The notes beneath the pieces were generated by a model, which ran no database searches, was not told the DNA's origin, and saw only the letters and a list, made by a program, of their open reading frames with translations. The translations under genes were made by a program, and so were the position numbers. DNA of 62,531 nucleotides, counting the filler, from Dehalococcoidia bacterium (lineage in GTDB: Bacteria; Chloroflexota; Dehalococcoidia; DSTF01; JACRBR01), in assembly GCA_041494685.1 (NCBI GenBank). It is 3 parts of 3 records of this genome, joined end to end, with 100 filler letters (N's around TTAATTAATTAA, not from the genome) between each part and the next. Parts side by side here need not be neighbours in the genome. Positions count along the whole stretch, not along the records: positions 25,591 to 51,015 come from JBGQBE010000050.1; 2 more parts are not named here. One strand, given 5' to 3'. Each line of letters opens with the position of its first letter. Position 1 is the first letter of the stretch. Shown here piece after piece: positions 40,366 through 50,255 of this stretch.

Positions 40366-41613
40366 TTAGCGGCGGGCGCCGGCCAGGCTGGTGCGGCGGC
40401 GGCGGCCGAACGTCGCGGCGCGGTTGCCGCCCGCGACGGCGGTCTTCGCCGGCTGAACCTTCACCGCTTCGCCGTCCGGCGTGATGCGCGGGAGCGTGCG
40501 GCCGAGGCCGCGCTCGATCTCGCGCCATTTCGGCAGGTCGGCGGGGCCCAGCAGGGTGATCGCGCGGCCGGAGCGGCCCATGCGGCCGGTGCGGCCGACG
40601 CGGTGCGTGAAGAGCTCGTGCGTCTCCGGCAACTCGTAGTTGATGACGCGGGTGACGTGCAGCACGTCGAGGCCGCGGGCGGCGACGTTGGTCGCGAGCA
40701 GGATCGGCGTCTTGCCGGCGCGGAAGTCCTCGAGGACGCGGTCGCGCTGGCCCTGGCTGAGGTTGCCCTGCAGCACATCGACGTTGTAGCCCATGCGCTC
40801 GAGCTTCAGCCCGAGGTTGCGTACGCCGTGCTTGGTGCGTCCGAAGACCAGCGTCGCGCCCTCGGTGGGCTCGTCGAGCAGGCGGATCAGGACGTTGAGC
40901 TTGTCCTCGCGCCAGATCTCGTAGACGACGTGGTCGATGTCCGGGCCCTCGACCTCTTCGCCGCGGGCGGTCTCGACGACGACGGGGTTCTTGAGGTACT
41001 TGCTGGAGACCTTGTGCACCCACTCGGGCGTCGTGGCCGAGAAGAGGGAGGTCTGCCGGTCGCTGGCGGTCTGCGAGAGGATGCGCTCCACGTCCGGCGC
41101 GAAGCCGCGGTCGAGCATCTCGTCCGCCTCGTCGAGCACGAGGTAGGTGATGCCGTCGAGGCGCATCGTGCCGCGGTTCAGGTGGTCGAGCACGCGGCCG
41201 GGCGTGCCGACGACGATCTGGGCGCCCGCGTAGATGGCGTCCTGCTGCGGGCCAAAGGCGCGGCCGCCGTAGATGAGCGTGCTGCGAATGCCCGCCGGCT
41301 TCGCGAGCGCTTCCAGCACGTCGCCGACCTGCTGCGCCAACTCGCGCGTGGGTACCAGGACCAGCGCCTGGAGCCAGCGGTTGCCGGGGACGATCTTCTC
41401 GATGAGCGGGAGGCCGAAGGCGAGGGTCTTGCCGGAGCCGGTGTAGGCCTGGCCGATGACGTCTTTGCCTTCGAGCAGCGGGGGGATGGTGGCGTCCTGG
41501 ATTTCGGTGGGTGTAACGATTTGCATGGCTTCAAGGACCTTCACGCTGGAAGGACGAAGCGGTAGTTCACTAAACGATGACAAACGGGTACCTTTCGCCA
41601 GATCACTGGTCAC
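40366..41613 (-). CDS. DEAD-box RNA helicase
   Basis: PTEIQ, TGSGKT, PTRELA, TPGR, DEAD, SAT, ARGLD, HRVGRTGR. Start uncertain. Confidence 0.95.
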   Translation of the reverse strand: MTSDLAKGTRLSSFSELPLRPSSVKVLEAMQIVTPTEIQDATIPPLLEGKDVIGQAYTGSGKTLAFGLPLIEKIVPGNRWLQALVLVPTRELAQQVGDVLEALAKPAGIRSTLIYGGRAFGPQQDAIYAGAQIVVGTPGRVLDHLNRGTMRLDGITYLVLDEADEMLDRGFAPDVERILSQTASDRQTSLFSATTPEWVHKVSSKYLKNPVVVETARGEEVEGPDIDHVVYEIWREDKLNVLIRLLDEPTEGATLVFGRTKHGVRNLGLKLERMGYNVDVLQGNLSQGQRDRVLEDFRAGKTPILLATNVAARGLDVLHVTRVINYELPETHELFTHRVGRTGRMGRSGRAITLLGPADLPKWREIERGLGRTLPRITPDGEAVKVQPAKTAVAGGNRAATFGRRRRTSLAGARR

Positions 41614-41837
41614 TTGCGGATCTTCTCGACGACCAGTGCGAAAGGGGAGATGTTTCTTGAGGGGAACGACAATCGCAGCGGACGCTTACTGAAGATTCTA
41701 TCTGTTATGTGCAGAGTGTACGGCTTCCGGGGCTGCCCTGGCAAATCGGGGAACCCCTCGGATCGCCGTCCGAAGCTGCTGTAAGGGTGCTGAGGAGCAA
41801 CCCAGCGCTTGTCATAAGTCTGAAGGAGGAGCCAGGC

Positions 41838-42683
41838 ATGAGCTTTGAAACGATCGACTACAGCGCGGCCGAGGGCATCGCGCGGCTGAGGCTGAACCGG
41901 CCCGAGCGGCTGAACGCGATCAACGGGCAGCTGGTCGCGGATCTGCGGGCGGCCGTGCAGGCGGCGAACGAGGACTCGTCCGTGCGGGTGATGGTGCTGA
42001 GCGGGACGGGGCGCGCGTTCTGCGCGGGCTACGACCTGGACTGGGGCACGAAAGCCGAGGACGCGGCCCAGCGCGCGATGAGCGGGCAGTGGGACCCCGT
42101 GCGCGACTACGTCGGCATGTCGCGGAACGTGCGGGCGTACATGGCGCTCTGGGAGAGCCCGAAGCCGGTGATCGCGCAGGTGCACGGCTGGTGCGTCGGC
42201 GGCGGCACGGACCTGGCGCTCTGCAGCGATCTGATCTTCATGGCGGAGGACGCGTCGATCGGCTATCCGCCGGCGCGCATCTGGGGCGAGCCGACGACGG
42301 TGATGTGGGTGTACCGGCTGGGGCTGGAGCACGCGAAGCGGCTGATGCTGACGGGCGCGGCGCTGAGCGGCACTGAGGCCGAGCGGCTGGGGCTGGCGTC
42401 GAAGGCGGTGCCGGCGGAGCGGCTGGCGGACGAAGTGGACGCGATGGCGCGGCAACTGGCGACGATCCCGCTCAACCAACTGGTGATGAGCAAGCTGCTG
42501 GTGAACCAGGCGTACGAGAACATGGGGCTGCGCACGTCGCAGATGCTGGGCACCGTGTTCGACGGCATCGCGCGGCACACGCCGGAGGGCATCGCCTGGC
42601 GGGACATGGCGATGAAGGAAGGATTCCGCGAGGCGGTGCGCCGCCGCGACGCGCCGTTCCGGGACTACGGCGAGCGGCCGTGA
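41838..42683 (+). CDS. Enoyl-CoA hydratase/isomerase family protein
   Basis: LNRPERLNAI, AFCAGYDL, PKPVIAQVHGWCVGGG. AAGGAGG RBS. Confidence 0.92.
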   Translation: MSFETIDYSAAEGIARLRLNRPERLNAINGQLVADLRAAVQAANEDSSVRVMVLSGTGRAFCAGYDLDWGTKAEDAAQRAMSGQWDPVRDYVGMSRNVRAYMALWESPKPVIAQVHGWCVGGGTDLALCSDLIFMAEDASIGYPPARIWGEPTTVMWVYRLGLEHAKRLMLTGAALSGTEAERLGLASKAVPAERLADEVDAMARQLATIPLNQLVMSKLLVNQAYENMGLRTSQMLGTVFDGIARHTPEGIAWRDMAMKEGFREAVRRRDAPFRDYGERP

Positions 42684-42821
42684 TTGGTCGCTCGCCCGCT
42701 GGTGACTCGCTGATTGGTTGATTGGCTGATGCGGCGTTCGTGAAGCGGGGTTCACCTTCACGCACGCGTTACTGTTCGCTACGATGCGCTGTCCCCCAAT
42801 TCAGCCAGCGATGGGCCACAC

Positions 42822-44084
42822 GTGTCGTCAATCCCACCCGCATCCACCGTCTCCGCGAGCGAACCGCGCTACCGCTGGGGCTCCCGCACGTTCTATACGC
42901 TCCTCAAGTACCCCGACTTCCGGGTGCTCTGGATCGGCAACGTCGGCACGATGCTGGGCCAGTGGGTGCAGTTCGCCGCGCAGGGGTACCTGGTCTTCCA
43001 GCTGACGGGCTCGCCGTTCCAGGTGGGCGCAATCGGCTTCACGCGGGGCATCACGGCCGTCGGCTTCTCTCCGTTCGCGGGCATGATCACCGACCGATTC
43101 AGCCGCAAGTCGGTGCTGATGGTGATGACGGCGGTGAGCGCCACCGTCGCGACGTTCGTCGCCGTGCTGATCTTCACGCACGTGATCCAGGTATGGATGC
43201 TGTACCCCCTGGCGTCGCTGGAGGGGTTCGGCGACGCGATCAACCAGCCGGCGCGGCAGGTGATGATCTACGACGTGGTCGGCAGCGAGGACTTGCCGAA
43301 CGCGATCGCCGTGAACTCGCTGGGCTCGAACACCATGCGCATCGTCGGTCCGGCGCTGGCGGGCGCGCTGATCGGGACGCTGGGCATCCAGGCGGCGTTC
43401 GCGTTGCAGGCGTCGGCGTACGCGGGTTCGGTGCTCGCCACGTCCTTCATCAGAACGCGTGGCGTGCCGACGAAGCGGATGACCACGTCGGTGCTGGCGA
43501 GCATGGCGGACGGCCTCGCCTACGCGCGCCGGAACCGCGACGTGTTGCTGCTGGTGATCATGTCGGGTATCCCGAGCCTGCTCGTGTATCCGTACGTGCA
43601 GTTCATCCCGGTGTTCGCGAAGGACGTGCTGCACGTCGGTTCAATCGGCTTCGGATTCCTGGCGTCCGCTGTGGGGTACGGGTCGATCATCGGGGCGCTG
43701 CTGGCAGCGAACCTGACGCAGATCAAGAAGCGGGGGCAGATCCTCGTCTGGACGACGGTGATCTACATGGCACTCGTGACGGCATTCGCGCTGTCGAACG
43801 TGTACGTGCTCTCGTTCAGCCTGCTGGTCGTGGCGGGCATTGCGAACAGCGTGTACCTGATGTTCAACCAGGTGATGGTGCAGTTGATCGTCGATGACGA
43901 GTACCGGGGGCGCGTGCTCTCGTTGTACGTGATGGTGAACGGCGTCACGCCGTTCTCCGCGCTGCTGATGGGTGCGCTGATCGACCAGTTCGGCGCGCAG
44001 GCGACCGTGGCCAGCTTCACGGGCCTGGCAACGGCGATCGTCCTGGTGATCGGCTTGACGAGCAGGCGGCTGCGCCAGATCTAG
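42822..44084 (+). CDS. MFS transporter
   Basis: GMITDRFSRK motif A, about 12 TM segments, YRGRVLS. Confidence 0.9.
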   Translation: MSSIPPASTVSASEPRYRWGSRTFYTLLKYPDFRVLWIGNVGTMLGQWVQFAAQGYLVFQLTGSPFQVGAIGFTRGITAVGFSPFAGMITDRFSRKSVLMVMTAVSATVATFVAVLIFTHVIQVWMLYPLASLEGFGDAINQPARQVMIYDVVGSEDLPNAIAVNSLGSNTMRIVGPALAGALIGTLGIQAAFALQASAYAGSVLATSFIRTRGVPTKRMTTSVLASMADGLAYARRNRDVLLLVIMSGIPSLLVYPYVQFIPVFAKDVLHVGSIGFGFLASAVGYGSIIGALLAANLTQIKKRGQILVWTTVIYMALVTAFALSNVYVLSFSLLVVAGIANSVYLMFNQVMVQLIVDDEYRGRVLSLYVMVNGVTPFSALLMGALIDQFGAQATVASFTGLATAIVLVIGLTSRRLRQI

Positions 44085-44102
44085 GATCAGGCGGAGACAG
44101 CG

Positions 44103-44133
44103 GAAGGCCCGGAGCGGACTGCCCCGGGCCTTC
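44103..44133. terminator. Stem-loop terminator between MFS and cold-shock genes
   Basis: GAAGGCCCGG-N11-CCGGGCCTTC. Confidence 0.6.
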
Positions 44134-44156
44134 GTGTGTGCGTCCTGGCGCGGTTA

Positions 44157-44372
44157 TTAGCCGACGATGCGGACGTTCACCGCGCGGTCTCGCTTGGGGT
44201 CGCGCGGGTCCGACTCCTTGTCGAACTCCACGTTCTGGCCCTCGCTCAATTGATCGAAGACGCCGCCCTGCAGGGACGAGCTGTGGAAGAAGATGTCTTC
44301 CGACGCGCCCTCCGGTCGAATGAAGCCAAACCCGCGATCGCGGACGAGGCGCTTGATCTGTCCTGTTGCCAT
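44157..44372 (-). CDS. Cold-shock domain protein
   Basis: RGFGFI (RNP1), DIFFHSS (RNP2). AGGAGG RBS. Confidence 0.95.
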   Translation of the reverse strand: MATGQIKRLVRDRGFGFIRPEGASEDIFFHSSSLQGGVFDQLSEGQNVEFDKESDPRDPKRDRAVNVRIVG

Positions 44373-44602
44373 GGTCGTGTTCCTCCTGTCGCCGTGGGAT
44401 CCTTACGTTCGTCCGGCATGGTTGCCGGCCGCTGTCCACGGCGTTCTGCGCACGTTCATCACCCGCACTGAAGCGGCGGCCTCAACTCCGTCGGAGTCGT
44501 CGTGTGCGCCTGTGAGTAATGCGGCGGCAGGAGACTTTGCGGAGAGGGCTTACGCATTGACCGTACCATGCCCGCAAGGCGAATCGCAATATGGCGGACG
44601 GT

Positions 44603-45385
44603 CTATGCCCGGAGCGTCACATCGCCCGCTTCAACGCGCACGCGAAGACCTGCATCCGTACGGACGAGCAGTGCGCCGTCGGTATCGACGTCCTCGGCGA
44701 TGCCGTCCGCGGAGCCGCCCGGCCACGAGGCGTGCACCTGCTTGCCGAGCGTGACGAGGCGCGCGCGCCAGCGTGGCAGCGGCGAGTCGCCCTGTACCGC
44801 CGCGGCGTAGAGCTGCTCGAAGTGGAGCAGGTACGCCGCCAGCGCGGCTTCGCGGTCGATGTCGTGGCCGGTGACGGCGCGCAGGCTGGTGGCGATGTCG
44901 CGGATATCGGCGTATTCGCGCGGGTCGAAGTTGACGTTGATGCCGGCGCCCACGAGCACGACCGGATTCCGTGCGTCGGTGAGGTCGGTCTCGATGAGGA
45001 CGCCGGCGAGCTTCTTGCCGCCCACCTGCACGTCGTTGGGCCACTTGATATCCGCGCGCACGCCGGCGGCGTCTTCCGCCGCGCCGCAGATGGCGAGCGG
45101 GGCGATCATGGCGAGGTCGCGCAGGGCGTGCGCCCGCGGCCGCAGCAGCAGAGTAGAGGCGAGGTTGACGGCGGGCGGCGTCAGCCACGAGCGGTCGAGG
45201 CGGCCGCGGCCCGCGGTCTGCTCGTCCGCGGCCGCGACGGTACCCTCGGGCGCGCCGGCGCGGGCGGCTTCGCGGGCGACGTCCATGGTGGAGCCGACGC
45301 TGGCGTCGAAGAGGAAGTTGCGGCCGAAAGTCTCCGTACGCAATAGCGTGTGGAAGCGGGCTACGTCGAATGGTGTGCCGGTCAT
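44603..45385 (-). CDS. birA: Biotin--[acetyl-CoA-carboxylase] ligase (no HTH)
   Basis: EQTAGRGRLDRSW, IKWPNDV, KKLAGVLIE, GINVN. Confidence 0.93.
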   Translation of the reverse strand: MTGTPFDVARFHTLLRTETFGRNFLFDASVGSTMDVAREAARAGAPEGTVAAADEQTAGRGRLDRSWLTPPAVNLASTLLLRPRAHALRDLAMIAPLAICGAAEDAAGVRADIKWPNDVQVGGKKLAGVLIETDLTDARNPVVLVGAGINVNFDPREYADIRDIATSLRAVTGHDIDREAALAAYLLHFEQLYAAAVQGDSPLPRWRARLVTLGKQVHASWPGGSADGIAEDVDTDGALLVRTDAGLRVRVEAGDVTLRA

Positions 45386-45785
45386 GGTGACGTCCTGTTT
45401 GATTGTTTGATTGTTGTTTCGAGTTTGCGCCTTCTTGGTCTTCCGGGTATCTGCGGATCGGCCGACTTTGATTGTATGGCGCACCGGCGAAGGGGTGTAG
45501 TGGTGGTGAGTAAGCAGCCGCGACTCCGAGTCACGTGACGATGGTAGCACCGGCGGCGGGCAGGACGAACCGCCGGGTATCACGGTTAGCCCGTGAGTGG
45601 GTCAGTGGGCCACGGGCGGAATCATCGGCGGTGTCCGTCGTTGGCTCGACGATCGCCGTCTCCGTTGGTGACGCGAAGCCGCCGCAGGTGGTGGCGCCGG
45701 GCGGGCGAGGGCGAGCACTACCACCTCGCATCGAGAAGGGAGCATCGCATTCGTGTAACTGGTGCGAAAATGAGACGAAAGCATC

Positions 45786-45850
45786 TTGACGAGCTCCGAT
45801 GATGAGCGCAGAATGGGGGATACCGAAACGCAACGAGTCGGTATCCCCAT
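45786..45850 (+). promoter_or_regulatory. Sigma70-like promoter with a long inverted repeat over the TSS and start codon
   Basis: TTGACG(45786)-N17-CAGAAT(45809-45814). GGGGATACCGA(45816-45826)-N11-TCGGTATCCCC(45838-45848) abuts ATG 45849. Confidence 0.6.
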
Positions 45851-47144
45851 GAAACGGATCGCCCTCATAGCTCCAGTCGTCCTGGCAGTGATTACATTAG
45901 CCGTATTGGCGTGCGGCTCGCCACAGACGGCGAATCAGGCGGCCACGCAGGCGGCGGGTACCGTTGCCACCGAAGCGGCGCGCCTGCGCATCGAGATGGC
46001 GGAGCCGTCCGCGACGTGCGACGGGCGCACACGCGAGGCGCGCATCTGGCTTGACAGTCTGCCCGCCAAGCCGGTCGCCAAACCGACCTCGCCTCCCCTG
46101 TATGTGTTCCCTGGCACGCCCGCGCCGACGCCGGTGCCGGCCGAAGGCCTGACGGGCCTTGAGTTTACGCTCAGATTCGACCCCGGCGTGGTCTGGGTAC
46201 AAAACAAGGCCGACGTAGCGCTCGGCGCCGACCTTCGTGCCGCTGCGGGAGCTGGCGCGGTTGGAGAGTTCCTCCTCCCTCCGCCGCGGCTTGATAACTA
46301 TGAAGGGACGGTGATGGCCGGCGCCGTGATGCTCGGGACGACGGGCGCGGTGAATCCGTCGGTTGCGGGCAAGTCGATCTTGCTGATAACGGTGGGGCTG
46401 CTGCCGGTCGGTGAGGGGAAGACGAAGCTGACGTTGAGCGGCGTGAGCCTGCTAGCGAGCAGCTACTACGCGTACCCATCGGTGGCGGTGAGTGACGCGA
46501 CGCTGGAGGTCGCGGGGCCCTGCGCCAAGCGGGACACACCGACGCCGTATCCGAAGGCCACGGCGACGCCCGTGCCCCCGCCGCCCGGCACGCCGTCGTC
46601 GCCGCCGCAACTCGCCGCCTCACCCGTCGCGATCACCCCCGTTACAAGCGGCGTCGCCGCGCGCCTCGATTGCCCCGCAGACTTCGCCACCTACCGCGAC
46701 ACAAAGAGCACCTTCTCTGTGTGCGGGCCGACATGGCTCGAAGGACGAGCCGGGATCGACGACGTCGGCGCGCCCCTCATCAACCTGGGCACACCACCGG
46801 GATCGCAAGAGCCAGGGGTATTCGTTTCCGTGCAGGTGACTTCGCGCGGCACCTTCCCGGATGAGGCCCAGGTAGCCAAGTTGTGTTCGATAGGACTTGT
46901 GCCAGCACAGAGCTTCGGCGAGGAGGTACACGTGACGGTCGCGGGGCTAAGTGCCGTCGGGTGCCATGTCGTGGGCGAACCTCACGCGACCGAAGGCCCG
47001 CTCGAGGAGTTCAGCCTAACCGCTCTCCTGCCGAACGGCAGCCCAGGCTCGTACTTGAATGTGGTCGTGACGTGGAGAACGCGAGACACTGGAGCTAAAG
47101 CCCTGATTGACCAGATGTTGAGCACGATCGTCGTGGGTAAATGA
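45849..47144 (+). CDS. Lipoprotein with cohesin-like domain, Pro/Thr linker and PsbP-like C-terminal domain
   Basis: Lipobox VLAC. Cohesin-like GLTGLEFTLRFDPGVV...LLITVGLLPVGEGKTKLTLSGVSLL...VSDATLEV. C-terminal FATYRDTKSTFSVCGPTW...IDQMLSTI. Confidence 0.7.
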   Translation: MKRIALIAPVVLAVITLAVLACGSPQTANQAATQAAGTVATEAARLRIEMAEPSATCDGRTREARIWLDSLPAKPVAKPTSPPLYVFPGTPAPTPVPAEGLTGLEFTLRFDPGVVWVQNKADVALGADLRAAAGAGAVGEFLLPPPRLDNYEGTVMAGAVMLGTTGAVNPSVAGKSILLITVGLLPVGEGKTKLTLSGVSLLASSYYAYPSVAVSDATLEVAGPCAKRDTPTPYPKATATPVPPPPGTPSSPPQLAASPVAITPVTSGVAARLDCPADFATYRDTKSTFSVCGPTWLEGRAGIDDVGAPLINLGTPPGSQEPGVFVSVQVTSRGTFPDEAQVAKLCSIGLVPAQSFGEEVHVTVAGLSAVGCHVVGEPHATEGPLEEFSLTALLPNGSPGSYLNVVVTWRTRDTGAKALIDQMLSTIVVGK

Positions 47145-48271
47145 CGCGAATCATTATCGCCGGCCTCTGCATCCTAGGAGCGATCGCGAGCGGTACGGCG
47201 ACCGTCGCCGCGTTGAGCAGTTCGTTCCATTACAAGTGGCCCTACCGGTGGAATACCTCGGCCGCTATCACGACTCTCCCATTCCAGGGCTTTCATGGGT
47301 GCTATCCAAATGGCGCCCCGGCCTACGAGTGCGTCGCGGCCTACGATTTGGTCGTCGCTAGTGGGAGCGTCGCGGCGGCAAATGAAGGAACGGCGTTCGT
47401 CCAGGGCGGCTTCCTTCCGGGTGAGTGCCGGAGCGACGGGCATTACGGCAACTTCGTCGATATCGACGGCGTGAGATACGGCCACCTGGACGCATTCGCC
47501 GGCGGCGTGGCTACGGGCGCGAATCTCCTCCAGGGTGACGAGGTTGGCGTGCAGGGATCGACCGGAAACGTGCTTCCCTGCCCGGGCGGCGTGCACCTCC
47601 ATTGGGAGTTCCTTGGCGCATCATCGGTGCCCGTGATCAACGGCGGATCGTCGACGTCGACCAACTCCGCGATCGGCGAGTACAGTGCATCCGGTGCCAC
47701 GCTGCGCACGTATTACCGCACCCACGGGAGTTGGAACGGCATTGGCTGGACGTACGAGCATTGTCCGGGTACATGCACGCTCGACATGACGGCCAACAAG
47801 ACGTGGGGCCGCATGCAGGACTTCCAGCACGATCCGGACGGCTTCGGCGGCACGTTCGACACGATCCATGTCGCAACTTGGGATCAGACGCACGCCTATC
47901 TCGTGGACTCGGTGTTCTGGCAGGCGTGGTCTGCGGGCGGCCAGGACCAGAACGGCGTTGTGCACCCGATCGGCATGGCCAAGGCGGAGCGCGGCGCATG
48001 TCCGCCGGGATCATCGGCTGAGTGTCTGTTCTACCAGCCGTTCCATCTGGGCTTCGTGTGGATGGATTCGTACACAGGGCGGCACGCGGTGTTCTGTCCG
48101 GACCTCAACGGCGACCGGATCGTAGACTTGACGGATCTCACGATCGAGGCTGGCCAATACCTCGAGCAGCCTGCGCCACCGGCCGTCGAGGTGGACGGGG
48201 AAGACGACCTCGTGGACATGACCGACCTCACCATCATGGCGGGCGAGTACCTGCATGACTGCCACGTGTGA
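47141..48271 (+). CDS. Secreted M23-family peptidase with LGFP-like repeats and C-terminal dockerin-like domain
   Basis: Signal peptide. YGNFVDI, YGHL, GDEVGVQGSTG, HLHWE. Duplicated DLNGDRIVDLTDLTIEAGQY / EVDGEDDLVDMTDLTIMAGEY. Confidence 0.75.
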   Translation: MTRIIIAGLCILGAIASGTATVAALSSSFHYKWPYRWNTSAAITTLPFQGFHGCYPNGAPAYECVAAYDLVVASGSVAAANEGTAFVQGGFLPGECRSDGHYGNFVDIDGVRYGHLDAFAGGVATGANLLQGDEVGVQGSTGNVLPCPGGVHLHWEFLGASSVPVINGGSSTSTNSAIGEYSASGATLRTYYRTHGSWNGIGWTYEHCPGTCTLDMTANKTWGRMQDFQHDPDGFGGTFDTIHVATWDQTHAYLVDSVFWQAWSAGGQDQNGVVHPIGMAKAERGACPPGSSAECLFYQPFHLGFVWMDSYTGRHAVFCPDLNGDRIVDLTDLTIEAGQYLEQPAPPAVEVDGEDDLVDMTDLTIMAGEYLHDCHV

Positions 48272-48292
48272 CGCGGCGGTAGGATCGGCTCG

Positions 48293-50128
48293 TTACTTGT
48301 CCAGCCTTAGCACGGCCATGAAGGCTTCCTGGGGGATCTCGACGTTGCCGACGCGCTTCATCCGCTTCTTGCCCTCGGCCTGCTTCTCCAACAGCTTGCG
48401 CTTGCGGGAGACGTCGCCGCCGTAGCACTTCGCGAGGACGTTCTTACGCATCGCGCGGATCGTCTCGCGTGCGACGATGCGGCCGCCGATAGCGGCCTGG
48501 ATCGGCACGTCGAACATCTGGCGCGGGATGAGCGTGCGCAGCTTCTCGACGAGCTGGCGGCCGTGCACCGCGGCGTTCTCGCGGTGCGTGATCAGCGAGA
48601 GCGCGTCGACCGGCTCGCCGTTGACGAGGATGTCGAGCTTCACGAGCGGCGCGGCGCGGTACTCGCTGAAGCTGTAGTCCAGGCTGGCGTAGCCCTGCGT
48701 GCGCGACTTCAACTCGTCGTAGAAGTCGACCAGGATCCCGGAGAGGGGGATGCGGTAGTCCAGCACGACGCGCCCCTCTCCCTTCTTGGTACCGTCGTCC
48801 TGCACAATGCTGTGCTGCAGGTACTCCATCCGCTTGAACTCGCCGCGGTTGCTGGTGACCAGCTCCATGATCGGGCCGATGTAGCGGTCCGGCGAGACGA
48901 TCGAGATATCCATCCACGGCTCGCGGATCTGGTCGATCTCCTGCGGCGGCGGCAGCGCGGCCGGATTGTCGATGCGGATCTCCTGGCCGTTCGTCTTCGT
49001 CACCTCGTACTCGACGCTGGGTGCCGTGGCGAGCAGGTCGAGCGCGTACTCACGTTCGAGCCGCTCCTGGACGATCTCCATGTGGAGCAGGCCGAGGAAG
49101 CCGCAGCGGAAGCCGAAGCCGAGCGCTCCGCTCGACTCCGGCTCGTAGACCAGCGACGCGTCGCTGAGTTGCAGCTTGTCGAGCGCGTCGCGCAGGAGCG
49201 GGTAGTCGTTGGCCTGCGAGGGGTAGAGTCCGGCGAACACCATGGGCTTCGCGGGGCGGTAGCCGGCGAGCGCATCGGTCGCGGGCCGGGCATCCTCGGT
49301 CAGGGTGTCGCCGACGCGGCATTCCTTCACGTTCTTCAGGCCGGTGGCGACGTAGCCGACCTCGCCGGTCATCAGCGTGCCGATGGGGTCGAGGCCGGGG
49401 CGGAAGACGCCTACCTCGATCGGCTCGACGGCGAGGCGGGTGGACATGAGCTGCACCTTGCGGCGCGTGCTCATCTCGCCGTCCACGACCCGCACGTAGG
49501 CGATGACGCCCTTGTAAGGGTCGTACTTGCTGTCGAAGATCAGCGCGCGCAGCGTTTTGCCGATGTTGGCGGCGGGCGGCGGGACGCGCTCGACGATGGC
49601 TTCGAGGAGGTCGTGCGTGCCGGTGCCCTCTTTCGCTGAGACGAACATGATCTCGTCCGCGGAGAACCCGAGCGTATCGACCAGCTCCTGGGCGACGCGC
49701 TCGGGTTCGGCGCTGGGCAGGTCGATCTTGTTGACGACGGGGATGAGCTTGAGGTCGGCTTCGAGCGCCAGGTAGACGTTGGCGAGCGTCTGGGCCTGGA
49801 TGCCCTGCGCGGCGTCGACGATGAGCAGCGCGCCCTCGCACGCGGCGAGCGCGCGCGAGACCTCGTAGCCGAAGTCGACGTGCCCCGGCGTGTCGATCAG
49901 GTTCAGCTCGTACTCGACGCGGTCCTTCGCGGTGAAGGCCATACGGACGGCCTTCGCCTTGATCGTCACGCCCTTCTCGCGCTCGAGGTCCATGTCGTCG
50001 AGCACCTGCGCGGACATATCGCGCTTGGAGATGGTGCCCGTCTCCTCGAGGAAGCGGTCTGCCAGCGTCGATTTGCCGTGGTCGATATGGGCGATGATGC
50101 AGAAGTTGCGAATCCGCGAAGGTTCCAT
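48293..50128 (-). CDS. lepA: Translation elongation factor 4
   Basis: [56 protein letters not shown]. Confidence 0.98.
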   Translation of the reverse strand: MEPSRIRNFCIIAHIDHGKSTLADRFLEETGTISKRDMSAQVLDDMDLEREKGVTIKAKAVRMAFTAKDRVEYELNLIDTPGHVDFGYEVSRALAACEGALLIVDAAQGIQAQTLANVYLALEADLKLIPVVNKIDLPSAEPERVAQELVDTLGFSADEIMFVSAKEGTGTHDLLEAIVERVPPPAANIGKTLRALIFDSKYDPYKGVIAYVRVVDGEMSTRRKVQLMSTRLAVEPIEVGVFRPGLDPIGTLMTGEVGYVATGLKNVKECRVGDTLTEDARPATDALAGYRPAKPMVFAGLYPSQANDYPLLRDALDKLQLSDASLVYEPESSGALGFGFRCGFLGLLHMEIVQERLEREYALDLLATAPSVEYEVTKTNGQEIRIDNPAALPPPQEIDQIREPWMDISIVSPDRYIGPIMELVTSNRGEFKRMEYLQHSIVQDDGTKKGEGRVVLDYRIPLSGILVDFYDELKSRTQGYASLDYSFSEYRAAPLVKLDILVNGEPVDALSLITHRENAAVHGRQLVEKLRTLIPRQMFDVPIQAAIGGRIVARETIRAMRKNVLAKCYGGDVSRKRKLLEKQAEGKKRMKRVGNVEIPQEAFMAVLRLDK

Positions 50129-50255
50129 CTGCCTTCTAGGGTAGCAATCCGGGGGATTAGTCGCTGGCGGCCCGCCCGGTGTCAGACGTGTCCGCCCCGT
50201 CGACGCGCGCGCCGCGCCGCCATCAGACACTACGACCAGCGACCGGCGCGACTGG

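Noticed and set aside
40366..44372. Cold-shock regulon cluster (DEAD helicase plus Csp)
   Set aside because: The two genes are separated by two opposite-strand genes and terminators. Proximity alone is not evidence.
45500..45740. Possible decayed gene fragments upstream of birA (HicA-like MSKQPRL...RRAG; lipoprotein-like CGGFASPTET on minus)
   Set aside because: They require multiple assumed frameshifts and are too short to support.
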